Below, in pieces: positions 1-11,500 of a DNA stretch of 36,997 bases. The DNA lies in NCBI RefSeq assembly GCF_001194135.2, contig NC_069002.1:4948322-4985318 (forward strand), in the 5' to 3' direction. Each line of letters opens with the position of its first letter. Positions within the stretch are counted from its first letter, which is position 1. Source of the DNA: Octopus bimaculoides (Eukaryota). A program made the position numbers and the translations under genes. Under the pieces are notes generated by a model that saw nothing but the letters and a program-made list of their open reading frames with translations, had not been told where the DNA came from and did no database searches.

Positions 1-112
1 TCAAAACTAACTGAGGATAGAGATTTCCTGGCACAGAATTGTGAGACCTATCTCTCTGTGGCAGCTGCTTAAAGAATAATGTGTGTGTGTGTGTGTATAT
101 ATATATACTGTG

Positions 113-289
113 TGACTGGCCCTTGTGCCGGGGGTACGTAATAGCACCCACTACACTCTCGGAGTAGTTGGCGTTAGGAAGGGCATCTAGCTGTAGAAAC
201 TCTGCCAGATCAGATTGGAGCCTGGTGCAGCCTTCTGGCTTGCCAGTCCTCAGTCAAATCGTCCGACCCATGCTAGCATGGAAAGTGGA
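113..289 (+). mobile_element. SINE family C copy (core gttggcgttaggaagggcatccagctgtagaaac; (GAT)n tail in complete copies)
   Basis: Near-identical sequence recurs at 3472-3680 (-), 13132-13332 (-), about 14730-14890 (+), 26560-26860 (+), 1210-1390 (-) and 29990-30130 (+). Confidence 0.75.
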
Positions 290-2364
290 GTGCTCTGCAT
301 TTTAAATTGATGTAATGATTGCATTGTTCAATTAAATGGAGTTGCATGAAACGATCGTACTGCATTACCTCTGGATATCCTTGTTGCTTATTTTGATTTT
401 ACACATATATAGATATATATAGATAGATAGAATAATTGTCTTGGACAATATGCCAACAGTTTAAAATCAGGACAGAAAACAAATGAAGAGCATAAAGTGG
501 TAAGAGCAGTTTGTTCCAAAATCTGTATCTGACATACGTACATGCATAGGATAACAATAAAATACAGGAAATTGATCAAATATCAATATCAGTGACTGAG
601 ACATTTTATACTCCACCGCTCCCACGTGCCCTTAGCCATGCTAGGGTGGTACTTTTAGTGGCGGCATTTTATGGCTGGATGTCCTTCTTGATGATATATT
701 TATTTATTTTAAAAATTGAGATACATTCCAAATTATCCATATTAAGAAATTTAGATTGCTAGAAAATACTGTCTTTTCCTACTTCACCAATCCATCTGAA
801 ACCACTTCTTAGAAATGCTTAATTTAAATGTTCCTATTGAGATTAAGATGTTCCATCATAATTTTATGGAAGGGCTTTTTTATTAAACATAACTAAAATG
901 TTATTTTATTAAGTGCCTTCAGATTCTTGATAATTATCAAAATTAACCCTTTTTGTCACCGTCTTTCATTATTATTGTCATTCAACATCCAATGTAATTT
1001 CTTAACTATTTGGTTGTGGCTGTGCGATGAAAGCTTAGCAAAGTAGATTTAGTTCATCATTTAAATATAACAGCAAAAATTAATCACCGGTGATTGGAAA
1101 TATATCAACACACACACACATATATATATATCTATCTTCTGATGATTATTGCAATTGGTTGATCAATGGAACTAATCTGTTCATCATTGTTGTTGTTGTC
1201 TTTGCTGTTGCCACCACCACCATCATCATCATTTAACATCCATCTTCCTTACTGATATTGGGTTGGATGGTTTAACAGGAACTGGCAATTCGGAGGACTG
1301 CACCAAGCTCCAAAATCCTGTTTTGGCGTGGTTGCTATGGCTGGATGTCCTTCCTAATTCCAATCAGTTTTCAGAGTGGCCTGTTCAAAGCACCCCTACT
1401 CTTAGACATAATCCTTACTCAAAATCAACGTGACACAGTGTGTGTGTATGTATGTTGGGGATGGACTGGCATTTTAAGTTACAGGCGACTTCTTTGTTTG
1501 AATGGCTTCCGCACAATTTCTGGATGCCCAATTTCACCCATGAGATTTGGATTGTCCCCAGGTTATGGTAGAAGTCCTTTGCTTATGCTGCCAAGCAAAG
1601 GGATTGAATCTGGGACCACTTCATTACAAGAGCCCCCACCCACACACACACACTGTCTACAAAGATTGTAGTAAAAATGTTGGCGGGGAAAAAAATCACA
1701 GTATAAAAATGCATCCTTATTGATTTAAGCATAATTTGGCAAAATTAAGACTATTCATTAATTATTTAATAATTAGTTACTAATTTTCTCTTAACAAAAT
1801 CAAGCAAAACTTTCTCGACACCTTCTGTGTGTGTATAAAACACACACACCAACAGAGAGGGGTACATGAGAGAGAGAATGTTTGATTCTACTGTTTATCT
1901 ACTTTTTAAGCCTGTGTATTTAATTTGAAGTAATGTTTTGTTGGGGATAAATTAACATTCTAGATTATGTTTAGTTGAGGAAATTCATTATCTAACTGCT
2001 CTTTATTTTAACTCAGTTTATTGTTATTAAGCCAAGACTGCTACTTCCTGTCTGATTTCTTCCTTTCAGAATTCTGGCTCCACTTAAATGACTGTTGGTG
2101 CAACACACACACACACACATACACACTTACCCAGACACACATGGACATATCCATAAGCATGTATTAAGTTCGTTTTGTAGTTGTGTATGTAGTTTCTGGT
2201 TTGATCTTGCTGTACAGCACCTTAGAGTGTCTTCTGTCATAACTCCTGCTTAACCATTTCTTGGCCTATTGAATTTGGTTGGCAGAAATTGTGTAAAAGC
2301 CAGTCACATATACATATTGTTTGAACCCACTTATACATGTTTGCATGGGTCAGAGACAGAATTT

Positions 2365-2470
2365 TGTTGAGATAACTTTTCTCTGCGACACTAGCAGCTC
2401 AATCGCATCGTCCTCTATGACTTCTTCAAATCCTACATCCTTTGCAAGTGTCACAATATCGATGATATAA
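2365..2470 (-). pseudogene. pogo/Tigger-like transposase remnant
   Basis: Minus-strand IIDIVTLAKDVGFEEVIEDDAIELLVSQ resembles the post-DDE segment of Tigger transposases (IV.LAK.VGF.EV.E.DV.ELL.SH). Confidence 0.4.
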
Positions 2471-3038
2471 AGAAATAATAATATGCCCTGATGCAGCACC
2501 AGGCACTGTCTTTCATGGCTTCTGATTTAAATTGATTGGGAGTGTTGTTAGGTACATGTTTATCTTGATGTAAAAGATAGGCTACAACAAATATTCTGCT
2601 CAATGCTACAGATTTGCTTGTCAGTTGTTTGACTTTGTCCAGTTGAGCATGTCCCTTAATGACTGACAATATGTGCTGCTCTGATCACAAGCAGAAGTAG
2701 TGGGGGGAGCATTATAGCCATGTGTTGAAAGGAATTCTTTGGGGTTTAAATAATTCACCTCTGGAAACATGGATGTTTTGTTCAACATCCTTAAACAACC
2801 CTTATTCAGGGACCTTTTAGGTGGGATGGACTACTCAACCAGAAGAAAATTCTAACTGGGCCCCACCTGCAAGGTCATATGCTGTTCATCTTGATAGGAG
2901 ATCACCATGTCGTGCACATGTGGTTGTGATGCATGTGCCTGGTGTACCCTTATCAGACGAGTAGTCATGATGGGTATATTGGGCTTCGTATATTTCTGCC
3001 CCAGTGTCCCTTTGGTGGCATGCACTGCTCTCTCACTC

Positions 3039-3073
<35 letters not shown>

Positions 3074-3099
3074 TAATAATGATGTTGTTTTTGTTTCAG

Positions 3100-3390
3100 A
3101 TAAGACAATAAAATTGTGGAAGGTGACAGAACGCGATAAGCGACCGGAAGGTTACAACCTGAAAGATGAAGGTGGTCTGTCTCGGGACTCCACCAACATC
3201 ACAGCTTTACGTGTCCCAGTATTCAAACCCATGGAGCTGTTAGTGGAGGCGAGTCCGCGGCGTATTTTTGCTAATGCTCACACTTATCACATCAATTCCA
3301 TTTCTGTCAACAGTGATCAGGAGACTTATTTATCAGCTGATGACCTGAGGATCAATTTATGGCATTTAGAAGTTACTGATCAAAGTTTCA
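3100..3390 (+). CDS. PPP2R2: B55 coding exon (DKTIKLW...TDQSF)
   Basis: Acceptor gtttcag ends 3099; donor gtatcc starts 3391; 291 nt, phase 1 to 1. Confidence 0.95.
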
Positions 3391-6300
3391 GTATCCTTTA
3401 TTATGTTATTGTTATATTGTTATAAATACTCTTGGCAGAATTCTGCTTTCAGCACAGCACCCCATGTAATCATCATCATCATCATCATCGTTTAACGTCC
3501 GCTTTCCATGCTAGCATGGGTTGAACGATTTGACTGAGGACTGGTGAACCAGATGGCTACACCAGGCTCCAATCTGATTTGGCAGAGTTTCTACAGCTGG
3601 ATGCCCTTCCTAACGCCAACCACTCAGAGAGTGTAGTGGGTGCGTTTACGTGCCGCCGGCACAAAGGCCAGTCAGGCAGTACTGGCAACGGCCACGCTCA
3701 AAATGGTGTCTTTTATGTGCCACCCGCACCTAATCTCTGGTAAATTTTCTGTTTCTTTTTGTTTTGGAATTTTCAGGAAATTTTTTTGCAAATTTGTGTT
3801 CTGCACACAAGAATTCATACGACTTTGTGTGGTGGAAAAGGATCATAGTTTAAAATATGAACAGTCTGAATGTTTTTGCTCAAACCCCACTAACAAGCCA
3901 TTTTAGCAGTTTAGCAAAGAAAACGATAGAATAAGAACCAGGCTTTAACCTTCAGCATTTAAACTGGCCATATCCGGCCAGAATATGCTACCTGTTTTAT
4001 GTTCAAAACAGCCAGATCCAGCCCATCACACCTACTCTTCAATGCCATTCTTAAAATATACAATCACATTATCAAAATTTTGAAGCTACAAGTTAATGCA
4101 TGATAAATTAAAAACAATGTGAATGAAAATGTTTGAATTCATAATCTGAATGCTAAAGTTGTTAAATGAATAAATAAATAAAATACTGGTGCTGAATTCT
4201 TTGACCAAACAGATTTAGTTAATTCTGTGAGAGCAGACAGCAACCGGTTGTGTTATTTTTTGTTTTATATGTGTTTTCTCTTTCTGAATATTAAATGAAA
4301 TATCGACATAAAAAAGAAAATCTATTTCAACAACAACAACAAAAAGCGTCCTTAACAAATGCTCAGATATTGTTGATATCAAACCTGCTAATATGGAGGA
4401 GTTGACAGAAGTTATAACTGCAGCTGAATTCCACCCAACAGAATGCAGTCTATTTGTATATAGCAGTAGTAAAGGAACTATCAGATTATGTGATATGAGG
4501 GCACAAGCCTTGTGTGACCGACATGCAAAACGTATGTGTCTCTGCTTATTTTTCTTTCATTATTCACAGCCCCCCCTCCCTCCCCCGCATTCTATGTTTT
4601 GTTTGTTGTAGTCCCACCACTATCATATGTACATTGTTTCTGAGTCCCTGGACATTTACTGTGTCCAGTGTACAAATATATTAGGCAGTAAGTCTGACAT
4701 GTAACGCCACAGCTATCTTGGTTTGTAGGCTCAACTCTTTAGCATTTAAACTGACCAGATCCAGGCTCTCACACATAACCTACAATTATTCTACATTAAT
4801 CAATCACATCATCGAAATCTCAAGGATACGAGATAATGCCTGATTAATTCAAAACAATGCTAATAAATAAGCATTACGTTTGATAGCATTTAAAGTGGCC
4901 ATATCCGACCCAAATGTTCATTGTAAGGTAGATATAAGAGACCAGACAGATCTGGTCTCTACCTTACAATGTCATTCGAAAAGTAAACAACTATATCATT
5001 TGAAATTTTGAAGCTACAAGATTAATGCACGCTTAAATCAAAAGTGTGCATAAATAAAGCGTAATATTTAACAGAATAATCAAAGTAATCTCAATGCTAA
5101 AGGGTTAACGGGTTACTTGGTTTAACACCATCTTTGTTCTTGGGTTTTTTTTAGTTTGGGTTCAATTTAACACCAATGCTTAGTTCTTAGGGGATGGGCT
5201 CAACATGGGGCACCTTGTTTAACACTGAGTCCCTGGGTTGAAAGCTGAGCATGCTAACTGGTTTAACACCATATTGTTTTTTTTTTTTTGTGGGGTGGGG
5301 GTCTTCGGTACCTAGTTTAACTCTTTAGTATTCAAACCAGCCATATCCAGCCCAAATATTCTACCTGTGTTATGTTTAAAACTGGTCAGATCCAGCCTCT
5401 CGCACCTACCCTACAGTGTCATTCTGAAAGTAAACAATAACATCATTGAAACCCCCCAAACCATGAGATAATACCTGATTAATTCAAAGTAGTGTGAATA
5501 AATAAGCATTACATTTGGCAGAATGCCAAATCTGAATGTCAAAGGGTTAACACTACCCAGTTTAACATAGTACCTAGCGATCTAGTCTTTGGGTGGCAAA
5601 TCTGAACATAGTCCTTTCGTTTAATACCAATACCAAGTCCTTTGATGATAAACTGAATATACTACCTACTTTAACAGTCCTTGGGTAGCAAGCTAAACCT
5701 GCTATCTGGCTTAACACAGCTATTTGGTCCTTGAATCATAGATCCAGCATCTCATCTACACCCATCCACCGCACCTCCACGGCTGTGGTTGCCTTTGCAT
5801 GTGTTTATGATGTTGCATAAAGAACATACACTTCCCAGCAATTTCTCTTTTTTTTTTTTTTTTTTCAATTTTTTTCTTTTTTGTTTAAATATGCTCCAAC
5901 ATGTTTAAAAAAAAAAAAGAAATCAGCTCATTTATGTTAAACCTTTTTTTTTCTTTTCTTTTTCTGCTTATTTTCAGTATTTGAAGAACCAGAAGATCCA
6001 ACAAACCGAAGCTTTTTCTCAGAAATCATCTCTAGTATATCAGATGTAAAGTTTAGTCATAATGGCCGATACATGATAACGAGAGATTATCTGTCTGTAA
6101 AAGTTTGGGATTTGCAGATGGATTCCCGGCCAATAGAAACTTATCAAGTGCACGAATACCTCCGCAATAAGCTTTGCTCACTATATGAAAATGACTGTAT
6201 ATTTGATAAATTTGAATGTGCTTGGAGTGGAGGTGACCGGTAAGTTTTTCTGTTATTTCTGGAAGTCTTTATTATTATTATTATTAAGTCATAAGGCGAA

Positions 6301-6756
6301 ATGTCTAGCGATATTTCATCTTCTGCTATGTTCTGAGTTCAAATTCTGCCGAGGTTGACTTTGCCTTTCGTCCTTTCAGGCTCAATGAATTAAGTACCAG
6401 TTGCATACTGAAATCGATCTAATCAACTGGTCCCCTCCCCACCAAAACATTTTGGGCCTTGTGCCTATAGCAGAAAGAATTATTATTAATATTATCAAGG
6501 CATAAGGGGGGCAAGCTGGCAGAATTGTTAGCACACCGAGCAAAATGCTTAGTGGTATTTCATCTGCCAAGGTTGACTTTGCCTTTCATCCTTTTGGAGT
6601 TGATTAAATAAGTACCAGTCATACACTGGAGTCGATGTAATCGACTTAATCCCCTTCCCTCAAATTTGAGGCCTTGTGCTTCCAGTAGAAAGGATTATTA
6701 TTATCAGGGCAGCAAGCTGGCAGAATCACTAGCATGCTGAGCAAAATGCTTACCGG

Positions 6757-6843
<87 letters not shown>

Positions 6844-7634
6844 TGAAATTAAGATGGCAAACTAGCAGGATTGTCAGCACGCTTTGTTTTTGGGTTCAAA
6901 TTCAACTGAGGTTAACTTTCCCTTTCATCATCTCAGAATTGCAAAATCTTTGATCAAATCTTCAAAATTAATCTTGGGCAACACATCTGCATCTATACTT
7001 AGTAGAGATAAAGGCATCCCGAATATTATTTTAGCAAGTTTAAAGTGATTTCTTTTTGTGCTGTAAACCATTTACCATTTCTGTGCTGGCCCCCTCCTTC
7101 CCTTGATGCCCTAAGCATGTGCTTATTTTGCTTAATGGTTAATCCAGCACTGATCCTGGGGTCCTTTTTTTTTTCTCTCCCTAAAAACTCTTTAAGGCAG
7201 TGCTCCAGCATGGCTGCAGTCAAATGACTGAAACAAGCAAAAGAGTAAAGGAATAACTCAAATAAACTTCCTCCTGTGTTGACATGTTTTTACATAATAT
7301 CTTGTTGGCTGTGTAAGGTATACATACTTTTTTCTTTTCTCTCTCTCTCTTCCACAGGTACATTATGACTGGTTCTTACAACAATTTCTTTCGCATGTTC
7401 GACAGAGAAACTAAACGTGATATAACATTAGAGGCTTGCCGTGAAAATATGAGAACAAGGACTATATTAAAACCTAGGAAAGTTTGTACTGGCAGCAAAC
7501 GTAAGAAAGACGAAATAAGCGTCGACTGTTTAGACTTTAGCAAAAAGATTCTTCACACAGCCTGGCATCCTTTGGAAAACATTCTGGCTGTAGCTGCTAC
7601 TAATAATTTGTATATTTTCCACAGTAAAGATTAG
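3100..7634 (+). CDS. PPP2R2: PP2A 55 kDa regulatory subunit B (B55/PR55, WD40); 3' part, join(3100..3390,4367..4531,5978..6239,7358..7634); 5' exons lie upstream of the window
   Basis: Spliced translation [21 protein letters not shown]...[11 protein letters not shown]...[24 protein letters not shown]...LFEEPEDP...[10 protein letters not shown]...[16 protein letters not shown]...ILHTAWHP...[10 protein letters not shown] is recognisably B55. All introns are GT-AG with consistent phases (995 nt plus 1 nt from the upstream exon = 332 codons). The paralogue (A/B/C/D) cannot be assigned; invertebrates usually have one gene (twins). Confidence 0.96.
3472..3727 (-). mobile_element. SINE family C copy inside the U12 intron
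   Basis: (CAT)n tail plus the reverse complement of the 113-289 element, roughly 88% identical by eye. Confidence 0.75.
3945..4165. mobile_element. piggyBac-type MITE (TTAA-flanked)
   Basis: TTAA at both ends; body shared with 4731-5108 and 5317-5550. Confidence 0.6.
4367..4531 (+). CDS. PPP2R2: B55 coding exon (NIVDIKPAN...DRHAK)
   Basis: Acceptor gctcag ends 4366; donor gtatgt starts 4532; 165 nt. Confidence 0.95.
4731..5108. mobile_element. piggyBac-type MITE, composite of two units
   Basis: tcaactctttagcatt...aatgctaaagggttaa; a second unit starts at about 4885. Confidence 0.6.
5317..5550. mobile_element. piggyBac-type MITE
   Basis: TTAA-ctctttagtattca...tgaatgtcaaaggg-TTAA; CCCT/AGGG-like termini with a TTAA target duplication are characteristic of piggyBac. 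Confidence 0.65.
5978..6239 (+). CDS. PPP2R2: B55 coding exon (LFEEPEDP...WSGGD)
   Basis: Long pyrimidine tract plus ttttcag ending 5977; donor gtaagt at 6240; 262 nt. Absent from the ORF track; translated by eye. Confidence 0.95.
6283..6930 (+). mobile_element. Cluster of tRNA-derived SINE family B copies (core aggtcgactttgcctttcatcctttcggggtcgataaattaagtaccag)
   Basis: At least 3-4 tandem or truncated copies with B-box-like gagttcaaattc; the same family is at 12770-12900, 15735-16370 (-), 20630-20835 (-) and 35560-35780. Confidence 0.7.
6757..6843. repeat. (CAT)29 microsatellite
   Basis: Perfect trinucleotide repeat. Confidence 0.95.
7358..7634 (+). CDS. PPP2R2: B55 last coding exon ([10 protein letters not shown]...FHSKD*)
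   Basis: Acceptor tccacag ends 7357; TAG at 7632-7634; matches ORF 7365..7634. Confidence 0.95.
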
Positions 7635-7660
7635 CAATTAGTGCTATTTTTTAGTAGGAT

Positions 7661-8138
7661 NNNNNNNNNNNNNNNNNNNNNNNNNNNNNNNNNNNNNNNN
7701 NNNNNNNNNNNNNNNNNNNNNNNNNNNNNNNNNNNNNNNNNNNNNNNNNNNNNNNNNNNNNNNNNNNNNNNNNNNNNNNNNNNNNNNNNNNNNNNNNNNN
7801 NNNNNNNNNNNNNNNNNNNNNNNNNNNNNNNNNNNNNNNNNNNNNNNNNNNNNNNNNNNNNNNNNNNNNNNNNNNNNNNNNNNNNNNNNNNNNNNNNNNN
7901 NNNNNNNNNNNNNNNNNNNNNNNNNNNNNNNNNNNNNNNNNNNNNNNNNNNNNNNNNNNNNNNNNNNNNNNNNNNNNNNNNNNNNNNNNNNNNNNNNNNN
8001 NNNNNNNNNNNNNNNNNNNNNNNNNNNNNNNNNNNNNNNNNNNNNNNNNNNNNNNNNNNNNNNNNNNNNNNNNNNNNNNNNNNNNNNNNNNNNNNNNNNN
8101 NNNNNNNNNNNNNNNNNNNNNNNNNNNNNNNNNNNNNN
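7661..8138. other. Assembly gap (N run); further gaps at 8723-8732, 10942-10951, 26328-26337, 27391-27400, 35351-35559 and 36219-36250
   Basis: Runs of N. Confidence 0.99.
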
Positions 8139-8252
8139 GAAACTGCTATAAGTTGTCCAGCAGAGAGAATATGTGTGTTTGGGGGAGGATTTAGTCTATC
8201 TTATTTCTTATTATATGCATCTTGTATGTATGTATGTCACAAAATAACTTAT

Positions 8253-8299
<47 letters not shown>

Positions 8300-8505
8300 C
8301 AATGGTATATAGGTATACACATGTTTTCAAACTTTCTGTGAGGTGTGTATGTGTGGGCGAGAGAGTATGCTGTGTGTGTGTGTGTATGTGTGTGTTTGTT
8401 TGTTTGAAAGAGACTGAGGTATGTATGAGAGTGTATATGTTTATGTTTGTAAGTGCATAAATATATACACATATGTGAATTTGCATGTGTGTGTAGATAT
8501 GCATA

Positions 8506-8539
<34 letters not shown>

Positions 8540-11500
8540 CACACATTTTTATGCATATATCTGAGTGTATGAGAAAGAAGGGAGGGTCTTAAATAGTTGT
8601 TTGTTCTCAGTGTATAACCAGTTATATATACATACATACATATGTGTGTATAGATAAACCTATATATGTATATACATATGTATTATATATATACATATGT
8701 ATTTTATATATATGTATATGTANNNNNNNNNNTATATATATGAAGGCATACATATTGCTATAACAATCTCGCTGCTTTACAGATATGATGTGAAGTGTTA
8801 ACTTCCTCTGACTTTTGTTGTTGGTCACTCTCATTCCTCTCCAAGCAGTATTAGCCACAAGTTTCTATTTCTCCCAGTAGGAAGTCGACCATCCGAGTTG
8901 TTCCTGATCTGTCAATTCGACCGAGTTGGCTCATTCAACCAAGTGCTAACCGCAACACAGCTTATATTCAATGAGGACAGTGCTACTACTACTACTATTA
9001 CTACTACTACTACTATTATTACTACTGCAAGGATCTTAAAAAAAAAATTAAATAATTGGAGTTTTGTTTAAAGATAAAATTAATTTTAAAAAAATATAGG
9101 AGAGAAAGGGAAAATGTTACATTGTGTATTTGTGTGTGTGTATGTGTGTACTGCAATTATATATATTGCACAGTAGTGAGAATGTTTGTTTGTATTGTGT
9201 GTGCAGAGGGGGAGGTCTGCTGAAGTCAGTTGATTACATTGTCGTCTTGAGAGTTAATTACTGATCAGAAGAAAAACATGGGCCGCAGTAGAGGATGGAA
9301 AAAAAAATAAATAATACACCAGAAAAAAAATATAATAATAAAACCAAATTGAAAGAAAGAAAAAAAATATATCCCAATACAAATAAAACAGAAAACCCAA
9401 CAATCTCTTATCAAATAGTCTTCATGTATGAAGTGGAGAATCGAATGAATTCTCCATTACGTCGCCTCTCAATATTTGCAATAATTTGAATCTTAAAATC
9501 TTTAAGAAAAAATAAATTACAAAGAAAAAAAAAAGCAAGCTTCGCTTATTTGAAAATTTTGTTAATTTGGCAGCAATAAAATAGTTTTTTTTTTTTTTTT
9601 CAACTTAACATTAATGATCCCATTTACTTAGTTCCTCGTTAACAGGGAATACAATTGTACTTGTTGGTGAGGTTGGTTGGTCTACTCTCTTAGCTTTTTC
9701 AGGTCTGCATTTCTGCTCCCCCGTCTCTCTCTCTCTCCCTTTCTATACATACAATTCTAGTTAATTTTTTTTTTTGCTTCCCAGTCGGCTCTGTATGATT
9801 ACAAATAATGAATGTATGCACAAACGTGTGTGTGTTGTGTATGTGTGAAGTAAAGGTCTGTTAAAATGGAATAAAATATGTCATGTTCTGTTTGCACCAT
9901 GCAATGAAATATCTTCTGGCCTATCAAGAAATATTCTAATTGCAACTTGAGAGCCATGTCATTTGAAATGAAACAGACCTGAAAAGAAAGTCTTTACCAA
10001 ACCCCCAAATCACTAAAATTTCTCTTCAACTCTTCTTTGCCATATGCCATTTCCGTCTTGTTTCTCTGTTATTGAGCAACTCTGGCCTGGCTTGGCCTGG
10101 TCTTTGGTCCTTTCTGGTGGATTGAGTTCACTTGTGGATGGGCAGATCTGACCTGGCCTGGTCTGTGCTCTACAGAGAAACTACACCTCTGGTCATTCAA
10201 GGGCCTTGCAATAAGGTTCTCTGATCTTTAGCTGTTCTTTATGTCTTAAATATTCTTGGACAAAAAAAAAAAAAAAAAAAAGCTCTTCATTTGATTTCCT
10301 CTAAAAAATGTCTTTATAAGAAATAAGTATTTAAGCCTTTTGCTCTTGTCCAAGTTACAATTAAGTAACTATGGCACTGTTGGCGAGGAAGGAAATAAAA
10401 GTTTCTTTCTCTTTTCTTTTTACCTCTCTCTCTTCCTTTCTTTGATTCTTTCTACTTTTCTTTCTTTCAGTTGTTACCCTAATCTTTGTTTTCAATTAAT
10501 TGTTCTAAGTGGCATGGTCAGTTTTGGGTTGCAACCAGTAACCATTTACACCTGACCAGTGGCCACACACTGTTGTTCCTCTGAGGAACAGAAAGAACAA
10601 AAAATTGTTTCTATTAGTTTCAGGCAGTTTCATAGATTTCTAAATGATTGACCTAAGCCAAAAATTAGAACCCCCTTCCAAAAAAAATAAACAAAAAAGA
10701 GCAGAAGAGAGAGAGAGGGGTGGAGGCAGGAGTTTTTCTCTGCAAAAATCTTAAAATTTCACCCCTCCTCCCCAAATGTGTACGTGCGTTTTCAATATTC
10801 AGTCTACCTTGCTGTCTATGCTTCCATTATTCTTTTAAAATGATTTTCTAATAATAATGACAATAATAATAATAATTATTATTATTTCCCTTCTTTCTTG
10901 CTCTCCTTTACTTCTCTCTTTCACACATGTTCTTTCAGCTCNNNNNNNNNNTTTTATTAGCTGCCCTTCCTGATACCATGGCAATTTTTTTTTTTTCTTT
11001 TTTTAATATATTCAAAAAGAAAAAAAAAATATTGCTAAAAATTGAATCAAAACCAAACCAGATTGTGCCATCTGATACACCCAATGTGTATTAGGGTGGC
11101 ACTTTATAGGAAGACCCTTGCTTTTTTTTTTTTTTTTTAAAGTACTTTTTAAAAAAAAAAATGTGCAACAGCTCTAAAAATTAACCTTTTAACTTAACAC
11201 CATGTGTTGTTGTTACTGTCAATATTGTTGTTGTTGGTGATTCCACTCCAGGGACATCACCACTGTTGTTGGTGCTGATCGGCGGCATGCTGCAGATAAC
11301 CATTTATCTACCACCTGCCTCACTAAATTACTTATTTACCTACCTACCTACCTTACCTGCCAATCAACCAGCTGCCCACCCAACTCTAATCACACTGCTT
11401 GTTCCAGAATTCCGCTGTAAATCAAATACAGTCCAGATCAACCACAAATAAAATAATTTTTTTCCTAAGTCTCTTGCGTGACTGCCTTCATCTGACCCTT

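Larger units (their letters stand above)
3391..4366 (+). other. U12-type (minor spliceosome) GT-AG intron
   Basis: 5' splice site GTATCCTTT (3391-3399). Branch point TCCTTAAC (4349-4356) is followed by only 10 nt to the end of the AG, with no polypyrimidine tract. Confidence 0.9.

Noticed and set aside
2907-3099. N-terminal extension of ORF 2907..3425
   Set aside because: Intronic repeat sequence read through in frame; the real exon starts at the 3100 acceptor
6646-6843. Poly-Met 65-aa ORF
   Set aside because: Produced by the (CAT)29 microsatellite
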